Positions 1-12,316 of a stretch of 64,000 bases of DNA are shown here, piece after piece. The notes beneath the pieces were generated by a model that worked only from the letters and a program-made list of their open reading frames with translations, was not told where the DNA came from and did no database searches. Numbering within the stretch: position 1 is the first letter of the stretch; each line of letters opens with the position of its first letter. Position numbers and translations under genes: made by a program. Source of the DNA: Piedraia hortae CBS 480.64 (Eukaryota). The stretch covers positions 1-64,000 of the forward strand of contig MU005978.1 of NCBI GenBank assembly GCA_010093745.1, in the 5' to 3' direction.

Positions 1-1920
1 GTCAACTAGTTTTCCGTAGAGATTTGTATGCAGGTACACATCTGCTCACAATTATAATAGCTCCCCATTTATCACACGAAGTGGGGCGCTATAGTTAAGC
101 ACCATTGAGCGGGAATGCATGTTCACGATTGGGGTTTGGTGAATGATATTGAATAAAGCACATGATCATCTTCCTGAGAGCAGTGAATCGAGACAGAGAA
201 TGGGGAGAGGAGAAGGAGCATCAGTGATGCTGGCGAAAAGCGACCCGCCATCCCGCCCCGCAGGCCCGTTATTGCACTGGCTGATAGTTTGGCGGTATAT
301 GGGACAACCCATCCTAGTTTTTTCAACGCAATGGTGGTGTTGCAAACTTGGACCCTTACCAAGTGTGGGAGTTCAGTCGGTGGCTCGCTTTACTTTGGCG
401 CCGGATATTAGACGAGTTCATCATTTAAGATATGCGTAGATTACAGTGTAGGCCGAACAAAATCACGAAAGAGAGGGCATGGCAACGCCAAACTTTTTGC
501 GTTTCCGTTTTCGGCTTCGCAGTCACGGTAATGTGGGTGTCTAGATTCAATCAGTCCATCAGTCGACGGCGAAGCAACAAGTGTTGAGGCTCTGCGAGCC
601 ACGGTTATGTGGGTGTGTAGAACCCGTCTGATCATTACTCAACAGAACAACTGGTGCTAGCTATCAGCCAGGGGACGAGGAGGACTTTTCGCTAAATCAA
701 GTCCCAGATATCAGGCCTAGACTGTCACAACGGCTGCCCAACCGATGGATGTGATCAACAGGTGCACACACGTATTCACCGACTTCCAAGAACTTACCCA
801 AATGTTGATTCCATGAGAGCCATGCGAAGCATCACCCTTTCCACTGCAAGTACAGCTCCGTTTACCATGGAGCAAGCCAGAGTCGCCTGCAAAGGCAAGC
901 ATGTCCATCCACCAACCTCATAAGAGTGGCTGTGCAATTATAGCTGTACAGTGCAGTTTTTGCTGAACGAACTCGCCGTCCTGCGGTTTTCCAGTCCCGG
1001 CTGCCTCGTCATGCCCGACAGAAAGACGTCGTTCGAAGTATGGGCATTTCTGTGAGAGAACTCATATGTCTTGTTGACAACCACCCCTTGGACCAGGCCG
1101 GATTCTCGCCAACCTGTCAAGCAAAGCAAGCAACTGGGCCCGTTGTGTCGAGAGCGAAGAGAGTCTTCAATCGCCGGATGATGCTTCCCAGCGACTGCAT
1201 CCTTGAAGTGTCCATACCATGCACACCCACGTTCCCACGCACGAACCAGATCTCTCAACCAAGTTTTATTTTATCGGATCCCATGCAACCGCTTGCACAA
1301 ACAAACAACCCCCACGCTAAGCGAACTCAGCCTGGCCACAGGGTCGATAAAGAGGCCTCTCAACGGTAAAAAGAAACAGGGTAATATATCTTCTGCGATC
1401 GTCCAGAGCCTTCATTGAACCCCACTTACCCCACAAAAAAACAAATTGCCGTCTCCACTTGGACAAAGGAACGTGGCATTATGCTTGCTGGCCAGTGGAT
1501 GCAGGGGAGTAGCCACACCCGGGTCCTTATGGGAGGCGTGTTCCTGATTTCCGATCCTTGAGGAGGGTGGAATACGATGCTGTTTGAAGAGGAGGTAATG
1601 CATGGATGCAGGTACGGAGCATTTCTTCATGCATGCAGAATCTGCATGTGAAAATGTCAATTCAATCAAAAGCAATTTGGATAGTAGTACATCGTGCATA
1701 GATATGCACTTCATCTAAATGAAATCATGATATCATCACAAAGAATCGCTAGTTTGCACGACAACACCTTCTCGTCGAGGGCACTGCGTCCTATGCCATA
1801 TAACAATTTCCTTCTCTCGCAATACCCGGTAGGGATTCCGGTGCTCGCGGCCTGTCATGTTCTCACAACAGACTGTCGACGAGCATGCTGGATGTATAGA
1901 GCAGCATCGAGTGCACGTGT

Positions 1921-2811
1921 TCAAGGGTCCAGCTCGAGCAACCTCCGTAGGTCCGTAACTTCAGTATGATCTCTGTAGTTTCTCATTCGGTGACACCAAA
2001 TAACGTCGCCATCATCGAAAAGGAACTCGCCGCCAATCTGCATCATATTGCCGCCGCGAAAGACATCACGCTTGCGGATGCCGTCTGGATCTTTGAGGCT
2101 GCGGCCGACCGTCTTGAATTGGCCCGAAATCCAGTTGGGGACGCTGATGTCTTTCATGTACTCCGGCCGCCCACGGCCGATGTTAAGAGTTACCATCATG
2201 CCAAGTTTCCTGAAAAGTCGTCGTGTAGGTTCGGCGTACATGGGAAAGGGGCAGCCGGTAAACTTCTTGTAATGTGGAATGAGGTTCGGCTGGCCGCAAC
2301 CAATGACGAAGATGCTCGTTGGCGTGTTGATGGTGAAGTAATCATCACGCGTGATAGAGCGACTGATGGCTTGCAGGTAGGCCTGGCAAGCGCCGCAATA
2401 AAAATGGCGAACAAAGATGATCAGCTGCCGCTGGTGGAGGGAGTAGACGGGGTCAAAGAGTGAGCCAAAGGGGATGGCAACGCCCTCGGCATCGTAGAGA
2501 GGAGTGTCATAGACAGAGGCAAGGAGAGCGCGATCAGGGCAGTCATCGCTTATGGAACCAATACCATCCGAGTCAGATGACGTGTGGCGGTCAGCTAACC
2601 ACACATCGGGATCATCGGGAAGCTGCGAGGATGTGGCCGTGGTAGGAGTCCAGTCATCCGCATCCTTTGCATTGTAGTGGACGACCGTCGTCACCTGCGC
2701 CAGAGACGAGGCGGGGGAGCGGGGAGTAGAGACCAAACGGACCCGCCCCTCTCCCTTTGGAGAAACTGGCGGCGTCAAGGAGTGAGGGTTAACGTCAACG
2801 GCAACGGGCAT
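1921..2811 (-). CDS. AhpC/TSA-like (AhpC-TSA_2, PRXL2/FAM213-like) thioredoxin-fold protein
   Basis: 296-aa ORF with the motifs LIIFVRHFYCGACQAY (CxxC), VIGCGQP..I..Y, MYAEPTRRLF..LG and Q.GGEFLF....IWCHRM....DH, typical of this family. Confidence 0.8.
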   Translation of the reverse strand: MPVAVDVNPHSLTPPVSPKGEGRVRLVSTPRSPASSLAQVTTVVHYNAKDADDWTPTTATSSQLPDDPDVWLADRHTSSDSDGIGSISDDCPDRALLASVYDTPLYDAEGVAIPFGSLFDPVYSLHQRQLIIFVRHFYCGACQAYLQAISRSITRDDYFTINTPTSIFVIGCGQPNLIPHYKKFTGCPFPMYAEPTRRLFRKLGMMVTLNIGRGRPEYMKDISVPNWISGQFKTVGRSLKDPDGIRKRDVFRGGNMMQIGGEFLFDDGDVIWCHRMRNYRDHTEVTDLRRLLELDP

Positions 2812-3563
2812 GGTGACGAGGGCAGGCGGAGGGCCGTGTGAGGGGAATCGTGGGGCCTATGAGTCGCTGCTGGGCGGATTACCAATAAGTTGTTAAAGAA
2901 GAAGGCGAAGGAGAATAAGAAAAAAGAGCGCAAGCCGAGGACCCGGGATATTGAACGCCTCCGAGAGGAGTCTTGATGGCTCTCATCAGGTGAAGTCGGA
3001 GTTTGCCCCATCAGGCAACGCCACTCGCGCGGGCCGCACCGGACGGAAACCTTGTGGCCCCAATGACACAAGCGTCGTGGACCCCGATCACGCGCGGCGG
3101 ACATTGAGTGACACCAATTGCGTGGTGGGCAAAGGTAGACACAGGCCGGGCGTGACCGAAGTGTGGCCAGGCGACCTATGCAAATCCCCGCCACGGTTCG
3201 CAGGGCTTACCGAACTCGGTCCGTGAAACACGAGGTGACCCACGCGGTTGGGATCTGAAGTAGGTCCATTGGTAAACAGTGGTTCTAGCAACTTGCCATG
3301 GAAATGTATTACACCGTGAACGCTCCGAAATATGCTATGAAATGCAGGGTTGTATGTAGATGCACGAATCGTTTTCATTCCATGCAGGGTCATCTGACAC
3401 GAGTTCAATCCTGGTCTTCAGCCAGCCCTTGCCTGGTCGTCAGTGCCGCCCTTTCCCGGCTGTCCTTCAGCCAAGCTGATTAGTACTTCTTGGTGAAGCA
3501 GGCTACATTTGTCGATGGTAGGTCATGTATGTCTGACCGTGGGACGAGACTGCCCCCACAGGC

Positions 3564-5351
3564 CTACAAGACAGCTGCAACAAATGCCACAAACGCTCCC
3601 GCAACCACAGCCACACCTCCAGCCCAGCTGTACGGCGGTGCAGTCGCCCGGGACTGCAGACCGGGTTGAGAGGTGGATTGAGCAGCAGCCGAAGCGTTAC
3701 CCTCGATCGCCGATGTGATGAGGGCACGTCCACCGTCAATGACCCGAAGTGAAGTGACGGTTGACTGAGCGCCGTTGGGAAGGTGCGTGGTGACAAAGAC
3801 AACCTCACTAACAGCAACGGCTGAGGGTCGGAAGGTGACCATGACCGTGCGGCCTTTGGAGTCTGTAGTGGTGACAACTTGGCCAGAACGAGACCCTGAT
3901 ATGGTCACCGAATTGCCATAGGTGTCTGTGGTTGTGAATGGCCTGACTGACTCCGTGGTTCGGCTTTGAGAAGATGCGCCTGGCGGCGGCGCGGAAGATA
4001 CGATTTGACCGCCGGATGCGACTTGAACACTGGCAAGCGGCGACGTGGTGGTGATCGTGCGGCCTGAGCCATCAGTCGAGGTGATGATGGCAGCAGGAAC
4101 TCGAGTTGAGGTGGTCATGGTCTGGCCGCGGTCATTGGTGGTTGTATAAGACACCACCATGCTTGTTGGAGCCGAGTTCACAAAGGCCGAGGTGGCTTGG
4201 GCTACAACGCTCCCGGCAGAGTCTGTCGACGAGACTTGAATAGGCACAAGGACACCGGTCAAGCCATCGCTTGACTTGGCCGTGTTGCGGCTGCTCTCCG
4301 ATGATGCAGCTGCACTGGACTGAACGTCTGAAGACTTGCGGGCAGTAGTCGCCACAAATGGAATGACCGCGGTGCTGTCGCCCGTCGTAGTCTCATCTGA
4401 GACCGAGGCGCTTGGCTGCGCTGTGAACTGTGAGTTGGCAGACGACAAGGTGCTCCGAGTGGTAGTGATAGGAACCGACGAGTCGCGCTGCGAGGAAGGG
4501 CTGCTGCCGACAGACGAGGCATCATCAGTGGCAGTTGCTTGAGCGACCGAAGAGGCGGCTGAGCTATCGGATTGGACAGATGAATCCACTGAGGACGACT
4601 GCAATGCAGACGATTCCCTACCGGATACGGCAGACGATGTGGCCGTACTGTCCCGGGACTGTGAGCTTGGAGAAGCCAGCGACGCGCTAGGCTCGTTCGA
4701 TAACGTATTGGAAGCTTCAGAGGCGGAGCTGAGAGGAGCCGATGTTTCCTGAACCGATTGTGAGGCGTCTGACGCAGGGCTCGACGTCTGCGCACCAGAA
4801 ACCTGAGAGAGCGATGATTCGACAGACGACAGAGTTGTTGGATTGGACTCTGTTGACTCTGCGCTTGACAGTGCCGTAGCGGACCTCTGAATGCTCGAGG
4901 CGGCTGATGATGCAGCTTCAGACGTCTCTGGACTGGTGGTGACGGGAGCAACCGACACCGAGCCGGACGACTCTGGACTGGTTGTGGCCGGGTTTATGGA
5001 CTCTGTCAGAGCCTGCGACGTCGCGTCCGCCGTAGACGTGTCGTTGGCATCTTGTCGTTTCCTCAGATATTCCTTGCCTTCGGCCTGGAGCTTGGCCATG
5101 TGCACGATGCGCGTTGCGAGCTCAGGGTCGAGGCTGTGGACAGCTTCGAGGCCCCGCGGGGGATCTTCAAACACACCATCGCGGTATTTGGGTGAGAAAT
5201 GGTCTTGTAGAACTGCATGTAAAACATCCTTAGGCAGCCCGTCTAGGAGTTCGCCCAAGGCTTGTGTCACACCGTTGCCCGTCGGCCCGGGCGCGGCTGT
5301 GACGGAAAACAGTGCGAGAGAGAGAAGAATCAGAGAACGAAGAGGAGACAT
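3564..5351 (-). CDS. Secreted Ser/Thr-rich, probably GPI-anchored cell-wall protein
   Basis: Signal peptide (MSPLRSLILLSLALFSVTAA), a helical N-terminal domain ending in a Kex2-like KR, a long S/T-rich stalk, TTTD.xG repeats and a hydrophobic C-terminal GPI-type tail. Confidence 0.8.
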   Translation of the reverse strand: MSPLRSLILLSLALFSVTAAPGPTGNGVTQALGELLDGLPKDVLHAVLQDHFSPKYRDGVFEDPPRGLEAVHSLDPELATRIVHMAKLQAEGKEYLRKRQDANDTSTADATSQALTESINPATTSPESSGSVSVAPVTTSPETSEAASSAASSIQRSATALSSAESTESNPTTLSSVESSLSQVSGAQTSSPASDASQSVQETSAPLSSASEASNTLSNEPSASLASPSSQSRDSTATSSAVSGRESSALQSSSVDSSVQSDSSAASSVAQATATDDASSVGSSPSSQRDSSVPITTTRSTLSSANSQFTAQPSASVSDETTTGDSTAVIPFVATTARKSSDVQSSAAASSESSRNTAKSSDGLTGVLVPIQVSSTDSAGSVVAQATSAFVNSAPTSMVVSYTTTNDRGQTMTTSTRVPAAIITSTDGSGRTITTTSPLASVQVASGGQIVSSAPPPGASSQSRTTESVRPFTTTDTYGNSVTISGSRSGQVVTTTDSKGRTVMVTFRPSAVAVSEVVFVTTHLPNGAQSTVTSLRVIDGGRALITSAIEGNASAAAQSTSQPGLQSRATAPPYSWAGGVAVVAGAFVAFVAAVL

Positions 5352-6143
5352 GCTTGGACCAGCGCTACGACGAGTGCTGGCGGAGGGGTAGGGAGCGGGC
5401 GGGCGTAGGGCGTGAGGAGGTGGTGGTGAGAATTATCGAGGGCGATAAGCGAAGGATGGGGGGCAAGGCTCGTAATTGAACTTGGTTGATTTATTTTGGA
5501 TTCAGCCACGCCATCTCCAGGGATGTTCCCGCAGCAAAAGTCGTTCACGCACTTTGATTTGGCATTCCCAAACTACAACACCACAATACGTTTCAGTAAC
5601 TCACAGCGTGATGGATACGAAGCTGGTGTGAGTGTTGCTAGTCTAAAGTGCTGCTATTCATAGCGTGGCACCATCAGCCTACGCTCGCGCAGTCCCGGCC
5701 GCTCAGCCACCACGTGCTTTTTGACTCGTCGGCAGTCACTGTCAACCCTAACAAATTTAGAGTCCCGGGCCGCCTTTTCGTGGCGCAGGCGATGTTTCAT
5801 CGTGGCGTTCCGTCGATCAGCCTGACTCGTGCAAACGTCATCAGCAATCACTACGATTTTGGCTTCGACCATCTGGTCAACAACCTCTGCAGGGGATGGA
5901 TGGCAGTAGTTTGTCTCAGACATGGACTGGACAGGGTTGAAATTGGCTCTAGCGCAGGCCCGGAACCCTCGCCGCCAGTTGATGGCAGTCCCCTAGGAGA
6001 TTGCCAGCATAGTGCTCTATGTATGATGTTAAATGCCATCGTCGTTGTATCATACACTCATCGTCAATGTACAGTATCTACACGCCATCATTGCTGTAAT
6101 AAGTCTTCACATCCCATTATGCGTACTCCTCCATTACCCACGC

Positions 6144-7210
6144 TCAAAGGAAATAGTCTCGCACAGGGTCGTTGCCCGCGTGCTGCTGCTGCTGTTGCTG
6201 CTGCTGTTCGAGGCGATTGGCTTCGTTCTCCGGCGCAGCGTCGAATACGTTCCACTTTCGCTCACCGTAAGGCCCGACCTCCAGCACACTTGCCAGATTA
6301 CCGCATCGATAGCAATAATTGGGTGCGCTCCAGACGGTCGAGAGCCTGTCATCAAACATAACCATGTACCCTTCATTACAGAGTTGGTGCGCGCGGAGAA
6401 TATGCGTCATGTTGTTCTCCGCCAGAAATCTCTTTACCACCTGGACGCCAAAGGTGTATCCTGCACCCCGAGGACTGAGACTGAACTCGTCTCGATCGCT
6501 GTCCGGATCGCTCCAGACCAAGTCTGCCATGGGACCCTCGTGTGGAATCTCCCGAAAGCGATCCAGGACCTTGATTTGGTCAATGCCGTGAACGCTGGGA
6601 CTCAGTCCGCCGTGCACGCAGAAGATTCTGTCGTCGATGACGCAGCTTAACGAGAGATAATCAAACATGTCTGTGAAATAGTGCCATACGGCTGGATTGC
6701 CGTACTTTCGAGAGCACTCGGTGTAAAATCCATATGATTGAGTGACTCCACGGGACTCGTGGTTGCCGCGAATGAGATGCACACGCGAAGGGTAGCGAAG
6801 TTTGAGACAAATGAGCAATGAAATGGTTTCAATGCTGAACAGCCCACGGTCGACGTAGTCGCCTGTGAGTCATTAGCATTATCTTATACATGGACGGGGC
6901 AGCCTCACCTAGAAACAGGTAGTTTGTGTCAGGGCAATAGCCGCCGATCTTGAAGATTTCGATCATGTCAAAGAATTGGCCGTGAATATCACCCACAACT
7001 GTTACCGGTGCCTGAACATGTACCACATTGCTGTCCCTCATTAACAGTTCTTTAGTTTTGGCGCATATCGACTCTATGACAGAGTCGGCAAGAAGCTCTT
7101 TTCTGTAGAGTCGATCGATGCATTCGTCGAGATCGACGGTCGCTAAAGACTTCGTCAATAATCACAAGCCAATCATATATGGTGTTGGGCATACCGGGAA
7201 GGCCAGGCAT
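6144..7210 (-). CDS. PPG1: PP2A-like Ser/Thr phosphatase Ppg1; exons 7210-7195, 7142-6909, 6862-6144
   Basis: The spliced N-terminus reads MPGLPATVDLDECI. PPP motifs GDIHG, GDYVDRG, RGNHE, HGGLSP, RAHQ and WSAPNYCYRCGN are present, with a C-terminal DYFL. GT-AG introns lie at 7194-7143 and 6908-6863. Confidence 0.9.
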
Positions 7211-7879
7211 TGTTCGTCTTCACCTTTCACTCGATTCCAGTTGACCGTGGAGTATGTAAGTGAAGGTATCGATGATATTTAGCCAGTATGGGGGACATTG
7301 TACTTTGGAGTCGGTCTAGCAAAGCAAAGGAGTGGCCATCGCACTGGATGTGAGTGATGTCAGAATTAACCCGGAGTGGAGCCGTCGGAGATTTTTTTTT
7401 GACGGTACGGTCCGACCCAGCGCTAGCAACGGCCAATAGCTACCTATTTCGTCACACACTCGCACACACCATTTCACAATTTCACCACCTTTGACCAGTA
7501 CCGCCAAAACAACCTGTGCTTATACTAATAGCTTTCTTGGTCACTAACAAAATACCTTCTGGACCTTTACAAAGCATAGTGCTCTGTTCGCTGTGTTATC
7601 CGGACTTACCTGAACCAAAAATCTCTCAATTGTCTCCTTTGGCCACTGGCTTCCCTTTTTTTTTTTCCTTTCTCTACGGCAGGTTGTTTGGAACATGGCA
7701 CATTATCCGTGACCCAATCACTTCAAGCCTAGCATTTTTCATTCTCTACACCCCATCTTTCCGCTGTGACATAAGCCTCTCTGCTCGGAAAATGATCGAG
7801 TCCATGCAACCTAGTCACGGATATACTGGGTTTGTGTTTACTTTGCAGGACAATTCCTTTGGTCTGTAATCTCTAACAA

Positions 7880-8833
7880 ATGCGCAGTCAACCACCGGCC
7901 AAACGATCGAAGATGAACCCTATCATCACACGCTATCCACCCCCACCAGGGTATATTCCTGGCCAGCCCGGACCGTGGCAGCAAAACGCTGGAGCGTATG
8001 GGCCCTTAACACCGATGAACCGGTACAATCCAAGCCAACAAGCATATCCCGGAAGCCACCACCAGCCTTATCCTCAACACCAGCAGATCCACCCACCGCA
8101 AAGCCACTCTGACCAACCTCCCGGCACATACTCCAAACCGCGCCAACAATTTATCCCACACCCACCTCATCACATCTTCCCTCCCCGCAAACACGTCTCC
8201 CCCAGCGTAACAACAAGCACAAGCCTCGAAACTCCCTACGGCAGCGAAGCAGTGTACACGCGATGCCCCGAGGAAATCGACCCACGCTTCAGCTTAGGAC
8301 TCATAACCTGGCACGCGCCAATGCCAACCCGCTTCCCTCTTCCCGCAACCTACCAAGAAGCTGACCTCGAAGCCCTCGCGCAGCGGAATCACAAGCGCGA
8401 GCTAGATTCCATTTCCGAGTACTTCACCTCGGATAAGCTGCATGAAGTAGGGCTTAATGTAAGGCAGACTGAGCGGTGGAAGGAGGTGTGTCATGATGGG
8501 ATCTATAAAGAGTTTCCTCGCGTGCCGGATAAAGTACTCTCGTTTGAGGAGGTGAGAGCGAAGTACAGGAATAGGCCGCAGCTGGAAAAGCCTGGGGATT
8601 TGGGAAGGCCCTTGGACGGGATTATTGAAGTGGAGGGCAGGGGAGGGGATGTGCTTCGAGATGAGGAACAGGAACGGGCGCTTGAGCGTTTGGGAGTTAC
8701 GGGCTCGCCGAAGCCGCTCGGTGAGAACAGGAGGGTGTCTTTTTTGCTTGCTGAGAGTAAGAAACGGAATCATGGCCACCTGGCGGACGATGAGGATGAA
8801 CTGATCCCCAGAAGGAAACATTCTCGTGCATAG
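7880..8833 (+). CDS. Hypothetical Pro/Gln-rich protein
   Basis: 317-aa ATG-initiated ORF with a low-complexity N-terminal half and a more ordered middle (SLGLITWH.P...PLP; SISEYF). Confidence 0.6.
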   Translation: MRSQPPAKRSKMNPIITRYPPPPGYIPGQPGPWQQNAGAYGPLTPMNRYNPSQQAYPGSHHQPYPQHQQIHPPQSHSDQPPGTYSKPRQQFIPHPPHHIFPPRKHVSPSVTTSTSLETPYGSEAVYTRCPEEIDPRFSLGLITWHAPMPTRFPLPATYQEADLEALAQRNHKRELDSISEYFTSDKLHEVGLNVRQTERWKEVCHDGIYKEFPRVPDKVLSFEEVRAKYRNRPQLEKPGDLGRPLDGIIEVEGRGGDVLRDEEQERALERLGVTGSPKPLGENRRVSFLLAESKKRNHGHLADDEDELIPRRKHSRA

Positions 8834-9048
8834 CAGGCGGGATGATGGACTGGTATTGACTAGAGTTTATACTAGGGCAAATCCCGTACAGCTTTTTCTT
8901 CATGCACTGATCTCTCGTATATTCGTGTCTGATATTTGTCGTGCTCTATGAACGGTCCCATTCAACCTTGTACCCCTCCCGCATCAGCTATCTCACACAC
9001 AAGTGCAGGCCTCTCATGCCAGCTCCGTCGTAACTTCATTCCCATCAC

Positions 9049-11329
9049 TCATTCCTCCTCACTCCCACTCCCACTCTCCGTCTCCGTCTCCGTCTCCGTC
9101 TCCGTTTCGCTTTCAAACTCACTCTCCGTTTCCTCCTCCGATCCACTCTCACCCTCACTGTCCCCCTCATCCTCATCAGCAAGCCACTCCTCAAGCGACT
9201 TGACGGGGGCTTTATTGCTCTCCCCACCCGCGGCAGGGACAAACCCCTCAGCCATCCTCTCAGATCTCCCGCTCACCTCCACAACCTCCTTCGCTCGTCC
9301 CCTAACCTCCGCCTCGGGCTCTGAGCCAGGCAGCACCCTCTCAGGCAGGACCAACCTCTCAAATCCAGGGATACTCTCCCCAACGATGGCACTCGCAGAG
9401 GCAAGCGCCCCAGCCGCTAGTGCAACCTCGCCACCCGCAGACCAAGCCGCAGGAACGGGTTTGGGCGCAAGGAGAAGCAACTCGGCCAGATCGGTGCTCG
9501 AGGGGGTGGAAAGGAGGGATTTGAACATGCGGGCGCGGTCGCGAAGGGTATACGAGGGAGTGTAGCGCGCTAGGAGCATTGTGTAGGAGAAGAGGGTTGG
9601 GATTGGAGATTTTTCTTTGTCTTGGTCTTGATGCTCTTGGTTATCGAGGTTTGATGTGTTGTAAGGTTTGTGGAGGTGGAGATGGTGGAGGTAGACTTTG
9701 GCGGCTAGAAGGATGATTTGTTCGCGCACGTCGTCAGGTTCGTCGGCGTAGGTTTTGAGCAAGATGCGTAGGACGTCTGGGGCCACGTTCGTGGCTGGAT
9801 TGTCGCCTCCGGAGTATTCTCCCACGAGCCAAATGACGCTTGCGCGCGCGGCCGAGGAGGAGAGGGAGTCGAGATTCCGTGCTAGACGGATGATTGTGTG
9901 CTTGTGTTTCTCCGGGGAGCGTTGGATGAGGTGGCGGACTACTTCCATTGCTTCGCCTGCAGCGTTTGAGTCGGGTGCATGGAGTTGCTGGAGGAGTCGG
10001 GTTAGACAACGTCGTGCGGTGGCAGGGTCGGAAACTTGGGCACATCGTCCCATGGTTCGTATACTTGCTCGGGCTAGGGCCGCATCGGGGGAGTGAGAAA
10101 AGTGCTCTAGTTCGGCGAGGATGAGGTTCTGTACGTCTTTGGTACTGTGCGGGAATAGCAGTGTGAGCATGTCGAGTTTCGGGTTCCAGATCATCGATGG
10201 ATCGGTTGAACGAAATAGGAAGTGGCGGAAATAGGGAACAAATAAGGCTGCATCCTGACGACAAAGATGGATCATGTCGTGCAGGGCCACCTGGAGCACG
10301 TCTTGCGGAGCTCGAAGCAAGGCCACCAGTGGTCCAATGGCACTGGGTAGGTGGTCAGTAGGACTGAGAGAAGCGTATGCCCTGGTCACAGCTACTATGA
10401 CTGCTGCGTTTCTACTATGCAGTAGAGGCTGAATGGAGTTCAGGAAGAGCTTGAGGTCTGCATCGATTTCATTCGTGTCTGCCATGTAAAATTCGGACTC
10501 TTGCTCACTTGCCTCTCGCTGCTCTCGCTGCGGAAAGCAGCGGCAAGCGTAGAAAGTGAACAAACGAACGAGAGCGAGTTGCCCCCACTCGTCCATGTCT
10601 ACAACCATCCGGCATAAGCTGCGGAAGACTGGGTGTATCAGATCTAGACGGTCGGGACAAATTTCGGCCAATGCCTGCACCGCTGCTCCAGTAATATAGT
10701 ATTGTGAGTCGGCCAGCAATGTGGCTAGGAACTCTGCCACCTGCGCCCGGGTGCCAGGATCTAATCTGACACATTTCACACAAGCAAGGGCAGCTGCCTT
10801 GCGCACAACAGGGCTCAGATCGCCAACCCCCCTTTTAATTGCCAGCACAATAAGTTGCGATATAGCGGGTACTCGAATACCCGCAATTGTCTTCAATGCC
10901 ATCGCACGAACACGAGCGTCCCGATCGGTGAGTGTTTTTTGAATCGTATTGATGGCCAGTAGTGCCGTATCAGGATCACCTTCGGCATGACGTATTAAGT
11001 AGTTGTATACTAATGGACGAGTGCTTGGATATGGATTTCTTAATGTCTTGAGAACAGCCGGGAAGAACTGCAACGTGGGTTGTGGAGGCACACAATATTG
11101 CATAGATATGATTCGGCGCAAGCCATCCAACACATCCCGTTCCGAACGACTGTCTAGGAGGGCCTTTATCTGTTGCTCTGGTAGCTGACGGAGAGGCTTG
11201 CGCGGGCCGACATCGCGAGCCGCTTCGAGTGTGAGATCGCGTGCTAATTGGTGAGCAAAGATATCGCATGAGGAATGCGGATCCCGTACCAGTCTCAAGC
11301 AGCAAGCTCATACGCGAAATGCTCTGCAT
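9049..11329 (-). CDS. APL6: AP-3 adaptor complex beta subunit; exons 11329-11290, 11243-9049
   Basis: The spliced start reads MQSISRMSLLLETARDLTLEAA. Adaptin_N motifs include LLDSRSERDVLDGLRRII, ALLAINTIQK and DMDEWGQ, followed by LRDRARM and an acidic tail. The intron at 11289-11244 is GT-AG. Confidence 0.9.
9076..9105. repeat. (CTCCGT)5 hexamer repeat encoding the (ET)n acidic tail of AP-3 beta
   Basis: Tandem repeat visible directly in the sequence. Confidence 0.85.
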
Positions 11330-12316
11330 GATATCGAGGTGGTTGTCGCATGGGCTGGACGTTGGAATCTGATCGGCGATAATCAATCTAATCTGATGAT
11401 GTTCCTGAAAGTGGGGCAAATCCCCGCCCAGCTGCTGAGCCACAGGATGACGGTGTGACGAGATTAGTAACAATCATATCACACTGCAGGACGATTCTAT
11501 GCGCTTCTAATTTGATCTAGAAAAAATAGATGAAACCAAGGGACATAAACCAGGGTTTTCGGGTACCCGAAGCAAGCCCGGGCATGATTGCATCTGCCAT
11601 GGTCTGCCAGCAGTAGCGAGGAGCGTACGTCCTGCAGCTGCGCCACGATCTATACTGCGCCACAATTCTGGAAGATTGTGCGGCCGCCACGCCACGACCC
11701 TTGGGCATTGCCGTCTTGCAGGAAAGGTTACACACAGAAGATGGGAAACAGCTGTGTAGGTGGATACGAAGATATCACTGGTTGGGTGATGAATGCATCT
11801 CTTTTCACTGGGTATTTCAGTTCTCGTTCGTTAGAGTTACCCACGAAGAAACGAGCATCCAGCAAGTGCAAACGTTCAAGTCTTAGATATCTTACATGGA
11901 ACAATATCGCGTGCCAGCAGCGTAGAAGATTTCACAGTTTCCTGCGACACCAAGTAGTTCATATCCAGCTTTGGTATCCTTAGTCAACGTTTCATGTGAA
12001 TGAAAAGGTCGATTTCTGTCTATGACAATCACTTGCCGTACAATAAATTGTTCGTAAAGGGACTCATTGTCTGTTATCAATCCAAGGTCGACGGCTTATT
12101 TCGATTTGGTGTGTGCTGAACACTTGTATTGCCTCGGTGGCCACTCTCATTCAGCCTCCTCAATGGCAGAGGCGTGCATACTTGGACGGCCAGACCAGAA
12201 AAAACTCAGAAAAAAAGTGAAAATTGGACCGGCAAGATTTACAAGCGAAGAACAAGCGTTTAGTCCATCGACTGTTGTGGCACTCGCAACAACGTGCACT
12301 TGCTGGGGCCACAACA

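Noticed and set aside
460..1900. Short ORFs at the start of the window
   Set aside because: No recognisable motifs and no consistent exon chain.
5648..6650. Plus-strand ORFs of 237 and 205 aa
   Set aside because: Antisense shadows of PPG1 with non-protein-like sequence.
11330..12316. Possible small spliced gene or ncRNA between AP-3 beta and the orphan gene
   Set aside because: Splice-like signals exist on the minus strand, but I could not build a coherent ORF or a snoRNA box arrangement.
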